Assembly: GCF_018350175.1 (NCBI RefSeq) | Contig: NC_058368.1 | Location: 12,586,001 to 12,650,000 of the forward strand | Source of the DNA: Felis catus | Lineage: Eukaryota | Length of the DNA stretch: 64,000 nt | Direction: 5' to 3' | In this document: positions 25,240 through 39,204 of the stretch, piece by piece | How positions within the stretch are numbered: position 1 is the stretch's first letter | Layout of the letters: each line of letters starts with the position of its first letter | The notes under the pieces: model-generated | Told to the model about the DNA's origin: nothing | Database searches by the model: none | Seen by the model: the letters and a program-made list of their open reading frames with translations, nothing else | Translations under genes and position numbers: made by a program

Positions 25240-25977
25240 AGGCTAGTAACCTATAGCCCAGGGCCTGTTTTTATACAGCCTACATACATTTACATGTTTC
25301 ACATGGTTGGGGAAAAAATGAGAAGATTATCTCAACACATGTCATATGAAATTTAACATTTCATGTCAACATTATGAGTTGAATTGTCTCCCTTAAATTC
25401 ATATGTTTAACCCCTCATACTTCAAAATGTGACCTTAATCTGCAAAAGGGCCATTCGTTGCAGATATAACTGGTTAATACAAGTTATACTGGAGTAGAGT
25501 GGGCCCCCTAGTCCATTATTACTGGTGCCTTACAAAAAGGGGAAATTTGGACAGAGCTATGCTCACAGGGAGAATGCCAGGTGAAGATAAAGGCAGAGAT
25601 CACGTTGATGCTTCTACAAACCACGGAATGCCGAGATCGACAGCAAACCACCAGAAACTAGGAGCCAGGCATGGAGCAGATTCTCCCTCATGGCCCTTGA
25701 AAGGAACCAACCCCGCCCACACCTTGGGCTCAGACTGCTGGCCCCCAGAACTGTGAAGCAATACATTTCTCTTGTTTAAGCCACCCATTCTGTGGTACTT
25801 TGCACAACAGTCATAGAAAACTAATACAACAGCCATCCTAATTTATTTATATGTTAATATAGTGTTGCTCTCATGCAACAACAGCAGAGTTGAGCAGTTG
25901 GAACAAAAAATCATATGGCCACAAAGACTAAAATATTTACTCTCTAGTCCTTTACAGATACAGTTTGCTGATTCCTG
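25240..25977 (+). mobile_element. MER58B-like hAT-Charlie element split by an MLT1C LTR
   Basis: Right arm agcagagttgagcagttgg..atatggccacaaagactaaaatatttactctctagtcctttacagatacagtttgctgattcctg; left arm gcctgtttttatacagcc. Confidence 0.7.
25370..25828 (+). mobile_element. MLT1C-like solo LTR (ERVL-MaLR)
   Basis: ttatgagttgaattgtctccc..aggcagagat..aaaccaccagaaactagg..ggaaccaaccccgcccacaccttg..ccagaactgtga..ttgtttaagccaccca..aaactaataca. Confidence 0.88.
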
Positions 25978-28048
25978 ACCCAGCCCATTTTCCTTGTATC
26001 TCTCCTTCAAGAACTGTCTGCTGATCTTTTGTCAACCCCTCTCTCCCACAGAGAGGTCTGGAAATGTCCAGCTGACCTTCCTGTCACTAGTAAGTTCTGT
26101 TCAGGATAAAAGTAAGGGGTAAATAGGAAGGCAATTTGGGGTCCAAGGCATGGTCTACAATTTAGCCTTATCAGCAGTAAATATTTTATTTTGATCTCTT
26201 TCTGACACCTGTATGTATTTCTCAGTTGGTCTCAATCTGGAAGAGAGTTATGAGATTCACGGGCGTCCACAAACCTCAACTTCTTCCTCGTCATAGCAAA
26301 AGAGTGTTGGAAATCTCATTTCCTTCTTGAAGTCTCTCCAAAGAGGAAGTGAGTGCTGATTTATTTTTTAACCTGGCCATATCCTCTCTGGATATGCAAT
26401 TCTCATGACTCATTCTTAAATTCTAGACCACATAAAACTGCTTACACTAATGTTCACACAACTTAGATGGTTTTTTATGCTAAAACATTATGTATTTATG
26501 TAAGTATCTGGATGTCCTTTTACAGAATAGATCTAAGTACTATCCTCTCCCTCACATTATAAACTCCTGAGCATGTTTTTGTTGAACTTACGGTCTGGTT
26601 TTTTAACGACCAGCACAACGCTGTGCTAATTAATGCGGTTTCCAGCATTAATGAAGGAGACCCTACTAATCCACTACCAACAATATTATTCAGGTAGATT
26701 CATGAAGAAGAGAAGATGGAAAAGACTGATGATAATAGCTATGTAATTTGAACCACATTTCAAGCGCTAATAAAAATATCTAGAAAGAAAGAAAACTCAG
26801 TCTCTAGTTTGTCACCCATAGCTTGTCATTTACTCAACGAACCCATTGATATATATGGAAAATGCCCATTACAAGCAAATTCTGACATCCTATGGAGGGA
26901 GAGGCATGAAAAATAGTAATATAAAATGCACAGTTGGTAAAAGGCCTTGACACTCAGGCAGAAAAATGTGGCTTTGAGTCAACAGATGTGTACAAAAGGT
27001 AACTGAGAAAATGGAGTTTTAGGGAAAATTGTTCAAGCAGCTGTGAATGTAGAGATATCAGCTTGATAACCTAAACTATGGACCTGTCTGGCCAGAGGGA
27101 AGGAAGGCAGGGGAAGCCAGCAGAGTCTGTTGGCTAGAGAGATCTAAGGATTTTCAGGGAAATAACTCCCCCAAAGGCAGGCCCGCTGTGTTCAAATTCA
27201 ATGGGGCACTGCTGGAGGAATACAACAGTTGGGAACAGCTTGGAGCTTGTTACCTGGACATTTCTCTGGCTCAGCTTCTGTGGACCTCTCAGGGCTAAAT
27301 ACAATAAAAAGGGAATAAACGTGAAAAAGGCAGTTTCCATTAAGACTCTGTTGAGGGCAGTGTTTAACAGCATTTGTAACAATGGAAGCTGGGGGTGAGG
27401 TGGGGGGTGGGGCAAAAGGGCACTTCCCCACTCAGGGGTGACCCTGCAGCTGGAGTCTGGGCTGCACCCTGGAACAGCCTGGAGCTAAACCAGACAAACG
27501 AGAGAGCATAACATTTGGGCAGCCTCAGTACCTTAGGAGGGTTTCAGCTGCTTCAGCATATGGGCAGTAATAAATCACATCATGGATTCCAAACTGGATC
27601 ACAAAATAATAAAAGCAGTGCCTGCCAGCATGTAACCAGCAAATCCAAGTCACAAACATATGTGAACTCCTCCCCCGTCCCCTCTCCTCCCTCCCCAAGA
27701 TTCCTAGGGGAAAAAAGACCCTGAGACTCCTGGACCTGGTTGGCAGAAATCGTAGAGTCGGGGTTATAGTAAATGGAAATGGAGCCTTAAAACCTGCTCC
27801 AGGTTGCATGGCTTGGAAAACACAACTTACAAAGATGTAAAAGAGAAGGGAATATGGTAGAGAGGCAAGCACTAGAGTGCTAATCCTGTTAAATATCTCT
27901 CGTGTGACCTTGGTCAGGGCATTCAGATGTTCTGGGCTTCAGATCCTGTATCGAAAAAGTGGAATCTTTCAAATGTCCTAACGAGGTTATTATGAAGCTC
28001 AAATGGGATCTTGTGTGAGAAAACCCCAAACTTTAATAAAGTGTCATT

Positions 28049-28214
28049 TTTTAAAGTTTACTTATTTATCTTGAGAGAGAGACAGAGTGCACGAGCATGG
28101 GAAGAGCAGAGAGAGAGGGAGAGAGACAGAATCCCACAAAATGAACTGTGAGATCATGACCTGAGCTGAAACCAAGAGTCGGATGCTCAACTGACTGAGC
28201 CACCCAGGTGCCCC
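28049..28214 (-). mobile_element. CanSINE with internal deletion
   Basis: 12-bp TSD taaagtgtcatt at 28037-28048 and 28215-28226; lies at the end of a MIR-like stretch (about 27870-28030). Confidence 0.92.
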
Positions 28215-29550
28215 TAAAGTGTCATTATTTTAATTCTAGACTATTGCAGAAGAGGCTATTGAGAAAAGGTTGTGACTACACCAATCCCATTGTCACCTGA
28301 TATAAAAATGTTTCTGTGTCTTCCAAAGTGATTTTCCAAGTAACTTTTCTTAAATACACAATTGTCTCAGAGAAACCTAAAGCTCCTTCACATGACTGAT
28401 TTTAGGAGCATCCGTGTATGTCTGTCTACTCCAAGGGGACATACCTGGGAAAATGCAGCTATGGCTGGCACAGGAGAAATGAAGGACAGAAAAGTCTTTT
28501 GGGCATAGAAAGTGGAAACCATAAAAATCTTGGCCTTACTTTAACATTTCTCAGAGTATAGGAGAGTCAGTGTGTGATCTCATTGGTAGCAATGGTTCTA
28601 CTGGGAAATCTTAACTTTAAATTGCCTGCCAATCTCTATTTTGTGTGTCTAAGAAGAGCCATTTATCACGTTTATGAAGCCACCAAAAGCCCACATTAAG
28701 AGGGGAAAAAAATAATTATTGAGCAGTACATGCCCTCACACTAAATATATAATGAGAGCAATGGTCTGAAGGCTCTAAAGATGGGTAATAAACGTTTTGA
28801 TAAAACAAGTCTAAGATTGCCCCCAACAGAAAGACAGCCCTCCCTCACCTCCACTAACTCTCTGGTACACACCTGGGGGTGGGGGCAAGTTTCTGACATT
28901 TAATAATGTCTGGGGTGATAAAATTTTCCCTGGCAGCTCATCTTTATAGAATAGGCTTTTCTTTAGCCAATAACAATAACCCATGTATGTATATGAGTTT
29001 CATAATTAACAAAGCACTTCATATAGATAAAAATTACTTTATTGCAGAAAGGAGATTTGGGGGTTCACTCAAAATCAGGTATGTAATTATGCATATTAGA
29101 TTCAGGATGTCTCTTTGCCCTTTAGATTTATACATTCATGGGGTTTTTAGTCACTGCCTTTGGAATTCACCTTTTCTTCCTGTCTTGCTCTAGGGACAGA
29201 GTTGTTTCTCAGACTTACCTTAAGAAAACCAAGACCATCTGTGAATGAACTCCAAGTTCATCCTTTAATCCAAGTAGAAACTGATCCCATTACAACTTCC
29301 TGAAGTCTCACTCAGTGAACCATACCATAGTCATGTAAATATGCCCTTCATCAGTCTATTTGTTGGGAGTAACTGTCCAAAGTTAGGCAAATCTCTTAAC
29401 TTTCTCTCTTTCTCTCACTGTCTTCTTATTGCTTTCCCTAACTTCGGTTCCACAAGATTATTTATTGATTATTTATTTATAATAATTACTCGTAAACAAA
29501 TATATAAATGGTTTTGGTTATCATCATATCTTTCCTCAGGGTTTATCACC

Positions 29551-29868
29551 CAGGGCTGCTCTAACCACATGTGTCTATTGAGCACCTGGCACGTGGCTAG
29601 TCTGAATGGAGAGCTGCTTTAAGGATAAGATAACAGCAGATTTTGAGACCTTAGAACCCCAAAGAGAAAGCCATATTTTATTGATAATTTTTGTGTACTG
29701 ATTACATGTCAAAATGAAAATGGTAACATTTTAGATATACTGGTTTCAATAAAATGTATTATTAAAATTAATTACTTTTACCTGTTCCTTTTCCTTTTTT
29801 TTTAAGTGGCTGCTAGAAAATTTAATATTACCTAGGTGGCTCACATTGTACCTCTAGAGGCAGCACTG
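29551..29868. mobile_element. MER33-like hAT-Charlie MITE
   Basis: ccacatgtgtctattgagcacctggcacgtggctagtc..aataaaatgtattattaaaattaatt..gtggctgctagaaaatttaatattacctaggtggctcacatt..gcagcactg. Confidence 0.75.
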
Positions 29869-32800
29869 ACCTAGAGCTTTTACCTTTGCAGCCTAGGTCT
29901 TTCTCTGAGCCCCACCCCCACTCCCAATCCAAACCCAATCTCCTGGCCTATTTTCTTTTTTCATAGGCACAAACATCCCTGCTGAGCTAACAACTCTTTT
30001 TGATTACACCTACCATAGCCAAAAGAATTTCTCAGCCTGCATATGTTGGGAAATAGGTACTAGTACACACTGGCACTCATAACAAGTATGCTGGCCCTGA
30101 AGTTATTCCATTAGAAAGAAAAACAAATATTTTTCTTATTCTTGAAATGATGTCTGGAGACAAAACAAAGGAAGCAGAGCAAGACCAGAATATTCACAGA
30201 TATTCCTGCTGGTCTTGGAAAGCAAAACCAGCTTCCCAGAAAATTACATCCAGTAAGACAGTGCTACATGGAGTGAAACAAATTTAGTCCTGCTATTCAA
30301 GGAGTGCATAAAGGTTCCTCTGAGAGTGTGGAGTTAATAAAAATGGATGGTGAAACCGGTTGTATTTTTCTTGAAGGAAGTTCATAGGCAGTATCAATCC
30401 AGCCCAAGGGAGCAATGGGCTGAATATTTTCCAAGTGTTTGACATAAACAGCAAAACTTATTCTCTCCATTGTGGTTTGCCATTATTTTTACACTTCCGA
30501 TATTTTTACAGACAAATCAATTCATGTACAGACATGTTTACATCAAACCACTGTTAATCCCTGATGTATTCAAACTTGATTTACAATGACCAGAATTTAC
30601 AAAGAACCACCTACCCTGTCTCCATGCCCTCTCTACCTACTGCCCCCTCCTGGCCATGTTTTCTTCCTCTGGCCTCAAGTTCTGCCTGGGACTGGTTAAA
30701 AGCTTTTAGAGAATGAAGCTTTTAGAGAATCAGTGAAAAGGTGCCTGTGGGAAAACAGAAACCATTTAGGGGCTGATCTTCCCAGTCCTGCTACCCCACT
30801 TCCCACCCCCTAGCCTCTGAAACAGCTTCCTGTGCATTGCCTGATTTGCTTTTATTTCACTGTGTTACACTACCAGAATTACCCAACCCCACCACAGATT
30901 TATTTGGTTTAAATGAGAATCTTTTAAAAATGCAAATATTCCTGAGAGTGTTAAAGGGCTTTCAGTAATTTACACATTAGTGTGAATTTATTCAATCAAA
31001 TTGCCTCTCTACTCTCCTGTGATTAGCAGCCCATTCACTCCCTGTCTTCCTCAGAAATAAGGACAGAAATCTAATTCCAAAACAAAGGATTAGAAAGCTG
31101 CCTACATGTGGCTACCTCTTAAATATGCTAAGATATTAACATTTTAGCTGCTAAAAAAAGTCATGTCAAGTCTTTCAAGACATTTTATTTCAGTGTAGCA
31201 AATTCATTGTGCTCTTCCTTGTAGTGGAACTGCCTCTTGGCAGTAAAATGATTTGAAAGCAGGGAGCTTTGAGGAAACTTCCTTTCTACTTCATGGAGTT
31301 AAAAGGTGGGGTGGGACGGGACATCAGTTTAAGGTCCTATGGTCTTAGCTGTGGAGAAGAACATTTCATCTTTGGTTATAGGTCTTTAGAGGGGGACAGG
31401 GAAGACAGACTATGTAAATCAGGGGTCATAGGCACAGCTCAGTAACTCACCCCTGCCACTCACTCTCCAGGAACACTTGTGTAATTTCTAAAGAACTTGC
31501 ATTTTAGGACAATGACAATTATGACCAGAAATTCAGTCACTTCCTCACTCTGTATGTCTTGATAAAGATTTTACTGGATATTCAAAGTCTTTAGGACCCT
31601 ACTATGTTGTTTATGGACCAAGTCCATTTACAGTCTCTAATCGGATCCCACCTGTGACTTAGGCCAACCCAGCATCCTGTCTTCCACGGGTCACTTAACA
31701 TCACAACACATGCCTAACTCAATAAGCCACAGAAAACATAATTCTTGATGTCTACAATGTTCTTAATTCCTGTCCCAAGTTCATAACACAAAAAATCTTT
31801 GCATCCTAGTGGAGAGACCTTGAAAATTTAGGAAATCATTATTTATCCAAACTTCTTGTAGGAGATGATGCATTAGCAACACTTCTAAGCCTCACATCCA
31901 GGCAACCCAACACAAAAACAGCAATCCTTACAAGGTTCTACCCAGAGTAGGCACTCAGTAAATATTTGCTGGCTGACTTGTTCAATTTGCTTTAAAATTC
32001 ACTGTGAAATGTCCACCCTGTTTTACATGCAAATGTATTTCTCTCAGTACCATCTCACCATAGATATCAAATCATTTGCAGTTACCATCTGGTACATAGC
32101 TTTGGCACATGCATATGTGCTACACAGGTCTGTGGAGTAGAGAATTTATTACAACAGTTGATGCTGTTATCCACTCAAGCCTTAGAGGAAATGTGTATAA
32201 TCAATAAAGGCTATAAAATAAACCGAAATGAAAGCTCTGACTTTTTCAGATACACCATGCTTAAAATACTTTTTAACAATTCAGAGAAAAAACATTCTTG
32301 GTTGGTAGCTGGCGGGATTTCATGGGCAAATACATCTAGTCAGGGCTTCAAGAATGCAGTGGCCGCATACGGCTTGTGACAGCATATTTTTAATCACACA
32401 ACTGGGCTGCGTTCCTGAAACAGATGTGTACAAACGTACACAGACATGGCTCTGTACGTATTAGCTCTGGTAAATACTCTCTAAATCTGGAGGCGACAAA
32501 AGGAAGGACCTACACATTCTAGAATAGTCAGGGATGACTTAATCATGGAAGACAACAGAAAAAACAGCGCTTTATTCTCTAGAATATTACTTTAAAAATA
32601 ATGTATAGTCTCTATTTTACATGTGCTAGACCAGTGTTTACATACAGATAATTTCTGGGAATTACAACCTCAGCCTCATTTGTTTCCCTGACAGTTGCTG
32701 CTATGAGGATATATTTCACAAATTCTTCTCATCCCTTTGACCATGCAGAAATCCTCTGAGATTCCCCACTGCGGATCCCAAGCAGGAAACCATGCAGTAG

Positions 32801-33599
32801 TTATGCTGGGAATAACTGCAAGGGAGAAGTAATAAGAGGCAGGATACGTACCCCCAGCATCACCACCCATGGCTTCTCCTCCCCCCCATTTCTTAGCTAC
32901 CTTTCTACCAGCCAAGGTGCAGGATCACGTGCCCAGTCTCTAGCCCTGTTCCATCCCAACTCAGCCCCCCAGTTGTTTCTTAACTCCTCCTTAGCTTCCA
33001 GGAAACTCACTGAACCTAGGTGGCCTTCAAAGTATAGATAAATACAACATGAGACCCACCACTTATCTGTGTCTTATCTCCCTTTAACACTCTTTTGGGA
33101 AAAATAAAAAGTACTGATAGGAGGATATTATGTGGAGCCCCTTTTCCCATTACCTCTTTCTTATAATTTCCAATACAAACCCTTAGAAAAACTGTGGAGG
33201 GAAGAGTCGTCCTTGCTGAAACTACTCATTTCTCATCAGTCAAGGAATAAAAGAAATAATAGTTGAAAGCCAAGAAGGCAGCAATGGAAACAGCAATGTG
33301 CTGCCCACATTCTGGTGGTCTCAGGAGAAAAGAAAAGAGATGTAACCAGAACTCTGGCCAGGTGGAAAAATTCTCAGAATTCCTCCGAGATAGAAAGTCT
33401 TTTCCCCTTACAACTCTTCAGTTCTCGACATCCTAGAACCCACTAACTTTTTGTGGTGTGAATGTGTATCCATCTTCCTTTCATTACTAAAACCCTGCCA
33501 CGTTAGTCCAATTGTGTCTCAGTAGCAACTCCCGCCACTACTCCTGAGCAGAAAGGAGACCCTACGAGTAAGAAAAACTGGAACACACTATAGTGTGAA

Positions 33600-34470
33600 A
33601 CACTGTATGAGTGCCGGCCCTTTTGTCACTATGCTAAGCACTTAAGTTCTTGAGGTAAGCGGCAGCCTGGACTTTAAGTTGCTTCAAGTCCAATGAAGGG
33701 GGAAAAACAAAAACATACATAGACATTATTAATGGAATAAGTGTTAGAAGAACAGGGCCCTTCCTGGAGACTGAGTCTTAAGAAGCTTAGTATCGTTAAT
33801 TGGCGTGAAGAAGACAGGAAGGGAATTACGGTTAAAGGAACAACTGATGCAAACACAAGGAGTATGAGATGGATCCCAAGGCAGTTCGACATGGACGGAA
33901 CACTAGTGAAAGGTGGAGGAGGTGGGAAGAGAGACTGCAGAAGTTGGCATGGCTAAACCGTGAGCAGCTTTGTCTAACATGCCCAGAAATTTGATTTTCT
34001 ACCAAAGAAAGTGTGAAGACGTTGAAGGGATCATCCATAGAACAGAGACGTGATGAGATTTAACTTTATAAAAGATCATTCTGTTTGCATTTTAGATAAT
34101 GAACAGGGGTATTTGACATCAAGCCCAGGCCAACAGGCTGCATTTCAGGTGACAAGTACCTGACTCAGAGCAGTGGCATTAGGGATTCCAAGGGGATGCA
34201 CTGACACATCATTAGAAGCGTAGACTAGAGAGAACTTGGTGACAGTGACTGTGAGTTTAAGAGAGAAGAATGAAACTAGGCTGACTTGCAGGTCTCTGGC
34301 CCAAATGATCAGCTGACTGAAAGTGTCTTTCGCGGACACAGGAGAAAATGGTAAAGTTCAAGACCTGACAGACAGAGTTTGAGGTGCATTAGACATGCCA
34401 AGACAGCCAAGCAGGCACAAGAGTCTGAGTTCAGAAGGAAGAAGGGGATGCAGTTACGGGTGATAGAGAA
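33600..34470 (-). mobile_element. Degraded L2
   Basis: Purine-rich plus strand with L2-like phrases (gatgagatttaactttataaaagatcattctg; gagtttgaggtgcattagacatgcc). Confidence 0.6.
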
Positions 34471-36271
34471 TAAATCCTATGGAGCTGGACAGCCCACACC
34501 CCCTGATTTCTGCCCTTCCCAGAATATAATGCCCACATCACTGTCTTACCCCTTCTACCCCCCCCCCCACCACGTGTCTAGGAAGCAAACATAAATCAAG
34601 ATGCTCATGAGTCACTGCCTTCAGAAATGTATCCAACTTGCTCTCTGAAGTTGAGAACAGAGAGCCAGAATAACCCCACATTTTCAAATGGTAGCTGTTT
34701 GGGCTTGGCTTTCTCTTAAACACCTCTCTTAGCCTTGGCAACCTGGCTGTCCAAAGCTATGGCTTGGCCCCATGAACTCTTTATTGTTTCTGTCAACCTA
34801 GCCTGGACCATCCCCTTAGCCAAGCAATAGCCTGTGCTAGCCCAAAAGATGTTTTTATAAACATTAGGAAAAAAACCATCCTCTTTGGTTAGCATTCACT
34901 ATCTCAAGGACTCATAGTGTAGTGTCAGAAGATACCCTTGTGCTAATTAGAAAAGGTGGGCCTTGTGCAAGGCATACCATCTGTGCAGCTCTGATCTGGC
35001 TTTGGACTGAGCTATCTGGCTCTTTGGTAAGAATACGTATGCCCAGTGTAAATCCTGAACAGTTCTTGTGTCTTACTTGCAGCTACCATCAACAGCTTTT
35101 ACGCTTCACTTTTCCCCTAGGCAAGTGAGACCTGTGAGGAACAGACATGAATAATCCTGCCAAGGTAGAAGCCCATATACCCAACTTCGGTCGGCCTCTA
35201 AAAGTATATAGAATTATCCTCTACCCTCTGCATAGCATAGGCCTGTGAGAAACATGCCTTGACTAGGAAACGTTTTGCCCTCAGTATTTGGCAGCCAGGG
35301 CCATGTTCAGAAATGAGCACATGGACCTCATGCATGTTCCACAGGGCAGTGAATTTTATACATCCAGTACTTTATGGTTGAAATTCGGTTTTGCAGGCTA
35401 GCCTGAGCAAATAAGAAAAAGATAGTATGTCAGATGAACAAATGTATATTAGGCTGCCACAAATCTATGTGGAAGGATTTGTCTCCTATCTCTGAAGAAA
35501 CTGGACATTGGCAAACTTTCTCTCCTATGAAGTCTCTGTTTTCATGATATATACAGAGGAAACAGAAGCTGGTTCTTTAGAAAGTGTTCCCTAGAATAGG
35601 GAACAGAGAGGGAAACTTCTAGATTACACTGTCCATCTACCTAAAGATTCACAGATGTAACAGCAAAAGCAGTTATTCTACCAAGCCAGCCCCTGCTTGC
35701 ATGCTCCATTTATTAGTGAACATCTTAGAAGGAATGGCCAGTGGCATATATTGGTAGTGAAAACAGATTACAGAAAAAGATTTTCAGAGCATATAAATAT
35801 TCTTGTATTAACATCTGAGATTATATATGCCTCCGCTCCCCACTCCATGTCAGTAACAATTGACTGAGGACTCAGATTACAATCTTGTTCAGAATCGGCC
35901 AAAAAATAAAATACTCCCAAATACTTCTTACCTAATAATTTACAAAGTTACCCTATCCTGAATGAGCTAATTTGGAAATAAATTACCTGTCCCAGGATAG
36001 TTAAGAGCTTACTGTAAAAACAAAGTAACAAGAATGAAAAAAAACTAGAAAATCAGCTAAAACAGGTCCCAAATGCCTCTTTGATAAATTATATTCCTTT
36101 AAGAGGCAATAGGCAATGGAATATAGCATCACACTAAAACTAATGGCTTTCTTCTTTTTTACTTTCATTGTTAATCTTAAAAAAAATCAATTAATTTGTA
36201 ATAAGCATTTTCTTCTTGAGCTGAGGAAGTTTCTGAGAAGAAAGCCTTATATAAAAGTCTACACTATCTAT

Positions 36272-36485
36272 GGGGCACCTGGGTGGCACAATCAGTTGGG
36301 CATCAGGCTTCGACTCGGGTCATGATCTCATGGTTTGTGGGTTCGAGCCCCGCATCGGGCTCTGTGCTGACAGCTCGGAGCTTGGAGTCTGCTTCTGATT
36401 CTGTGTCTTCCTATCTCTCTGCTCTTCCCCTGTTCATGCTCTGTCTCTGTCTTTCTCAAAAATAAACATTAAAAAAAATTTTTTT
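36272..36485 (+). mobile_element. CanSINE
   Basis: 16-bp TSD aaagtctacactatct at 36254-36269 and 36486-36501. Confidence 0.95.
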
Positions 36486-36594
36486 AAAGTCTACACTATC
36501 TCTCATTCTTCACCAAAAAAGAAAGAAAATTTGGATCATAGTAAATATAATTAAGATGTACTACACATTTCTTTTCCTTTCTTAGAAAATAAAC

Positions 36595-36895
36595 CTTACT
36601 TTTTAGAGCAGTTGTTTTAGGTGCATTGGAAAAATGAGCAGAGGGTACAGAGATTTCCATATGTCCCTGCCCCCACATATGCAGCCTCCTCCACTATCAA
36701 CATCCCTGACCCAAGTACTAGATTTGTTACAATTGATGAACCTACACTGATTCGTCATTGTCTCCTGAAATCCCTAGCTTGCCCTATGGTTGACTCGTGG
36801 TATAAGTTTTGTGGATTCTGACAAATGTATAATGACATGTATCATACACCATAGTTTTAACTGCCCTAAAAATCCTCTGCTCTACCTATTCATCT
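36595..36895 (-). mobile_element. L1MC1-like 3' end fragment
   Basis: tttttagagcagtt..gagcagagggtacagagatttccatat..tttgttacaattgatgaacctacactga..gacaaatgtataatgacatgtatc..actgccctaaaaatcctctg. Confidence 0.8.
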
Positions 36896-37642
36896 TTTTT
36901 CTTAAAGGCATTATAAAACTTTCCCAAAGCCATGTATGTTGGTATGGCAAAGTGAGAAAGAGTATGAAGGCTCACACTGAAGTACTAATTTTGCCCTTCT
37001 GGGCAAGTCACTTACCTTCACTAGGTCTTGGTTTTCTCATCTGTAAAATCAGGATAACATTAATACCTATCCCACTAACTTTATGATGTTGTGAAGATCA
37101 GGTTTCTCTTCTAAAAAAATGGAGGTATTAACGTCTATGTTGTAGAGCTATTGTATGAATTAAATAGGCAATGTGTGTGAAGAGCTTAGCACCACACCTG
37201 GAACACATTACATATTTAATAATGGTAGCTAACCATGCTATTGTTATTATAATGTATGCTAAATACTTTTTATTTGACCTTTTAAAAACTGTTCTCTGCT
37301 TTTTACCATCTTGCCTGTGGGGCACAATTTCTAAATTGAGTACTCCTCCCTCGGATTTCCTGATGAGATCAGCCAGCAGGAGGTCCCAGAGGAGGTTAGA
37401 AGTTGGGAGCGAGAGACAGGTCTTTACTTCTGCACCTCTTCTCCGTCAGGCTGTAGTTTGGTTGTGACTGCTGGGCAACCAGCTTACAGTTGGCTTCCCT
37501 TAACCCTGACCATCCCTGTATAAGCAATCTCTTATATTATCCCTTGAGGTAATTTAGAAAGTTTCTGCCATTTCCTGTCAGGAAGACACATAATGTTTGC
37601 CCTTCATATTTATTGGCAAAATCATTATTTTTTTTTTTTTAA

Positions 37643-37852
37643 TTTTTTTCAACGTTTATTTATTTTTGGGACAGAGAGAGACAGAGCATGAACGGGGGAG
37701 GGGCAGAGAGAGAGGGAGACACAGAATCGGAAACAGGCTCCAGGCTCCGAGCCATCAGCCCAGAGCCTGACGCGGGGCTCGAACTCACGGAGCGCGAGAT
37801 CGTGACCTGGCTGCAGTCGGACGCTCAACCGACTGCGCCACCCAGGCGCCCC
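37643..37852 (-). mobile_element. Young CpG-rich feline CanSINE
   Basis: Nearly identical to the copy at 8076; flanked by tta(t)n-aa repeats. Confidence 0.97.
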
Positions 37853-39070
37853 TTATTTTTTTTTTTTTAACATTGTAATATCGAGAACCATACGCAACTC
37901 TACAAAATCTTGCAAGTTATTACGGACATCCCTCTATATCCAACACTGGTCAGGATTTATGAAATGTACTTTTAGATTCAATTTTAAAAGTGGAAAAAAT
38001 TATAGAGATTTGGGAAAAAGTTATAAAAGTTGTAAAATATCTCTGAGAAAGGCTGGTCAATTTTTCCTCATTAAAATATACCAAAAAGTACAACAACAAC
38101 AAAAAAACATCCCTGGGTATTATTAGTTAGCTTTGTAGCGCAAAGACAACTATTTAAAGTGTAGTTAATCCTTGTGGCTGATGTTTCACAGATGTGTTCC
38201 CCAATTTGATACCTCATTTCTGGAACCATGGTGGGATATGGACCATCCCAATAGGGAAGACTTTTATAATAATAGTTCAAGAATATTTTCAACTGCAGCA
38301 AGAATTTTCACTAACAATGAAGAAATTAATTGAAGTACATATAATCCTCCTCTGCTATGGCTCTACGGATTGCAATGAACTAACCATATTACCTTAACAA
38401 AATCACTGACTGCATTTTTTTTCCAGTTCTATAAATATTAACTATATATATATGTTTATTACACATCATGTTATAATGAAAAACAGGTCAGCCTTAATGC
38501 TAAATTTAAAACAAAAAAGTAATAGAGAATGTGCAAATGTGGTGCTGACTTTATTGCATGAATGGGACATGACACTCCACCCAGAATATTCTGTAATAAA
38601 GCTACTTACTTTAGGTTTTGGTCGAGCTCCAGTTGACATCTGGTTTGGCACACCATCAAGATTCTCGATGTTTCCAGTTTTATTTCTACAAATTCCTTTC
38701 CTCTGACGATTTTTTTTAAAGCTTACTCTTCAGGTTTATAGAATTCTGCAGAAAAAAAATTTAAGCAGGTTATTTTTCACATACAAAGAATTATTCCTAG
38801 GCAATAATTCATCTAAATTAGTCAATGAAAATCCATTAAAAAAAATAGTTTTGAAAATTAACATAAACTGTGAGAATATTCCTAAATATTAATAATTTTT
38901 CCAAAGACACTTATGCTTAGGATCAGTGAGATCAGCCTAGTTAAGCCTAAGAACCTTCTGTAAATGTAAATTTATAAACTGAAATTACTTTTGATCTACC
39001 AAGGTAAAATATATAGTACTATACTGGCATATTATAAACTTTCTAAAATGTAAAACCAAAGGTGTTTTAA

Positions 39071-39204
39071 CAGAGGATCTAAAGAAGGCTCTGCACTGAC
39101 AGACTGACAGCAGTGAGCCCAGTATGGGGCTTGAACTCACAAACCTGGAGATCATGACCTGAGCCGAAGTCAGCTGCTCAACTGACTGAGCCACCCAAGG
39201 GCCC
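39071..39204 (-). mobile_element. Tailless (3'-truncated) CanSINE with TSD
   Basis: Head and body present, no (CT)n tract and no poly(A); direct repeat accaaagg(t/c)gttttaa at 39055-39070 and 39205-39220. Confidence 0.9.

Noticed and set aside
25499..25836. ORFs on both strands
   Set aside because: Entirely within an MLT1C-like LTR.
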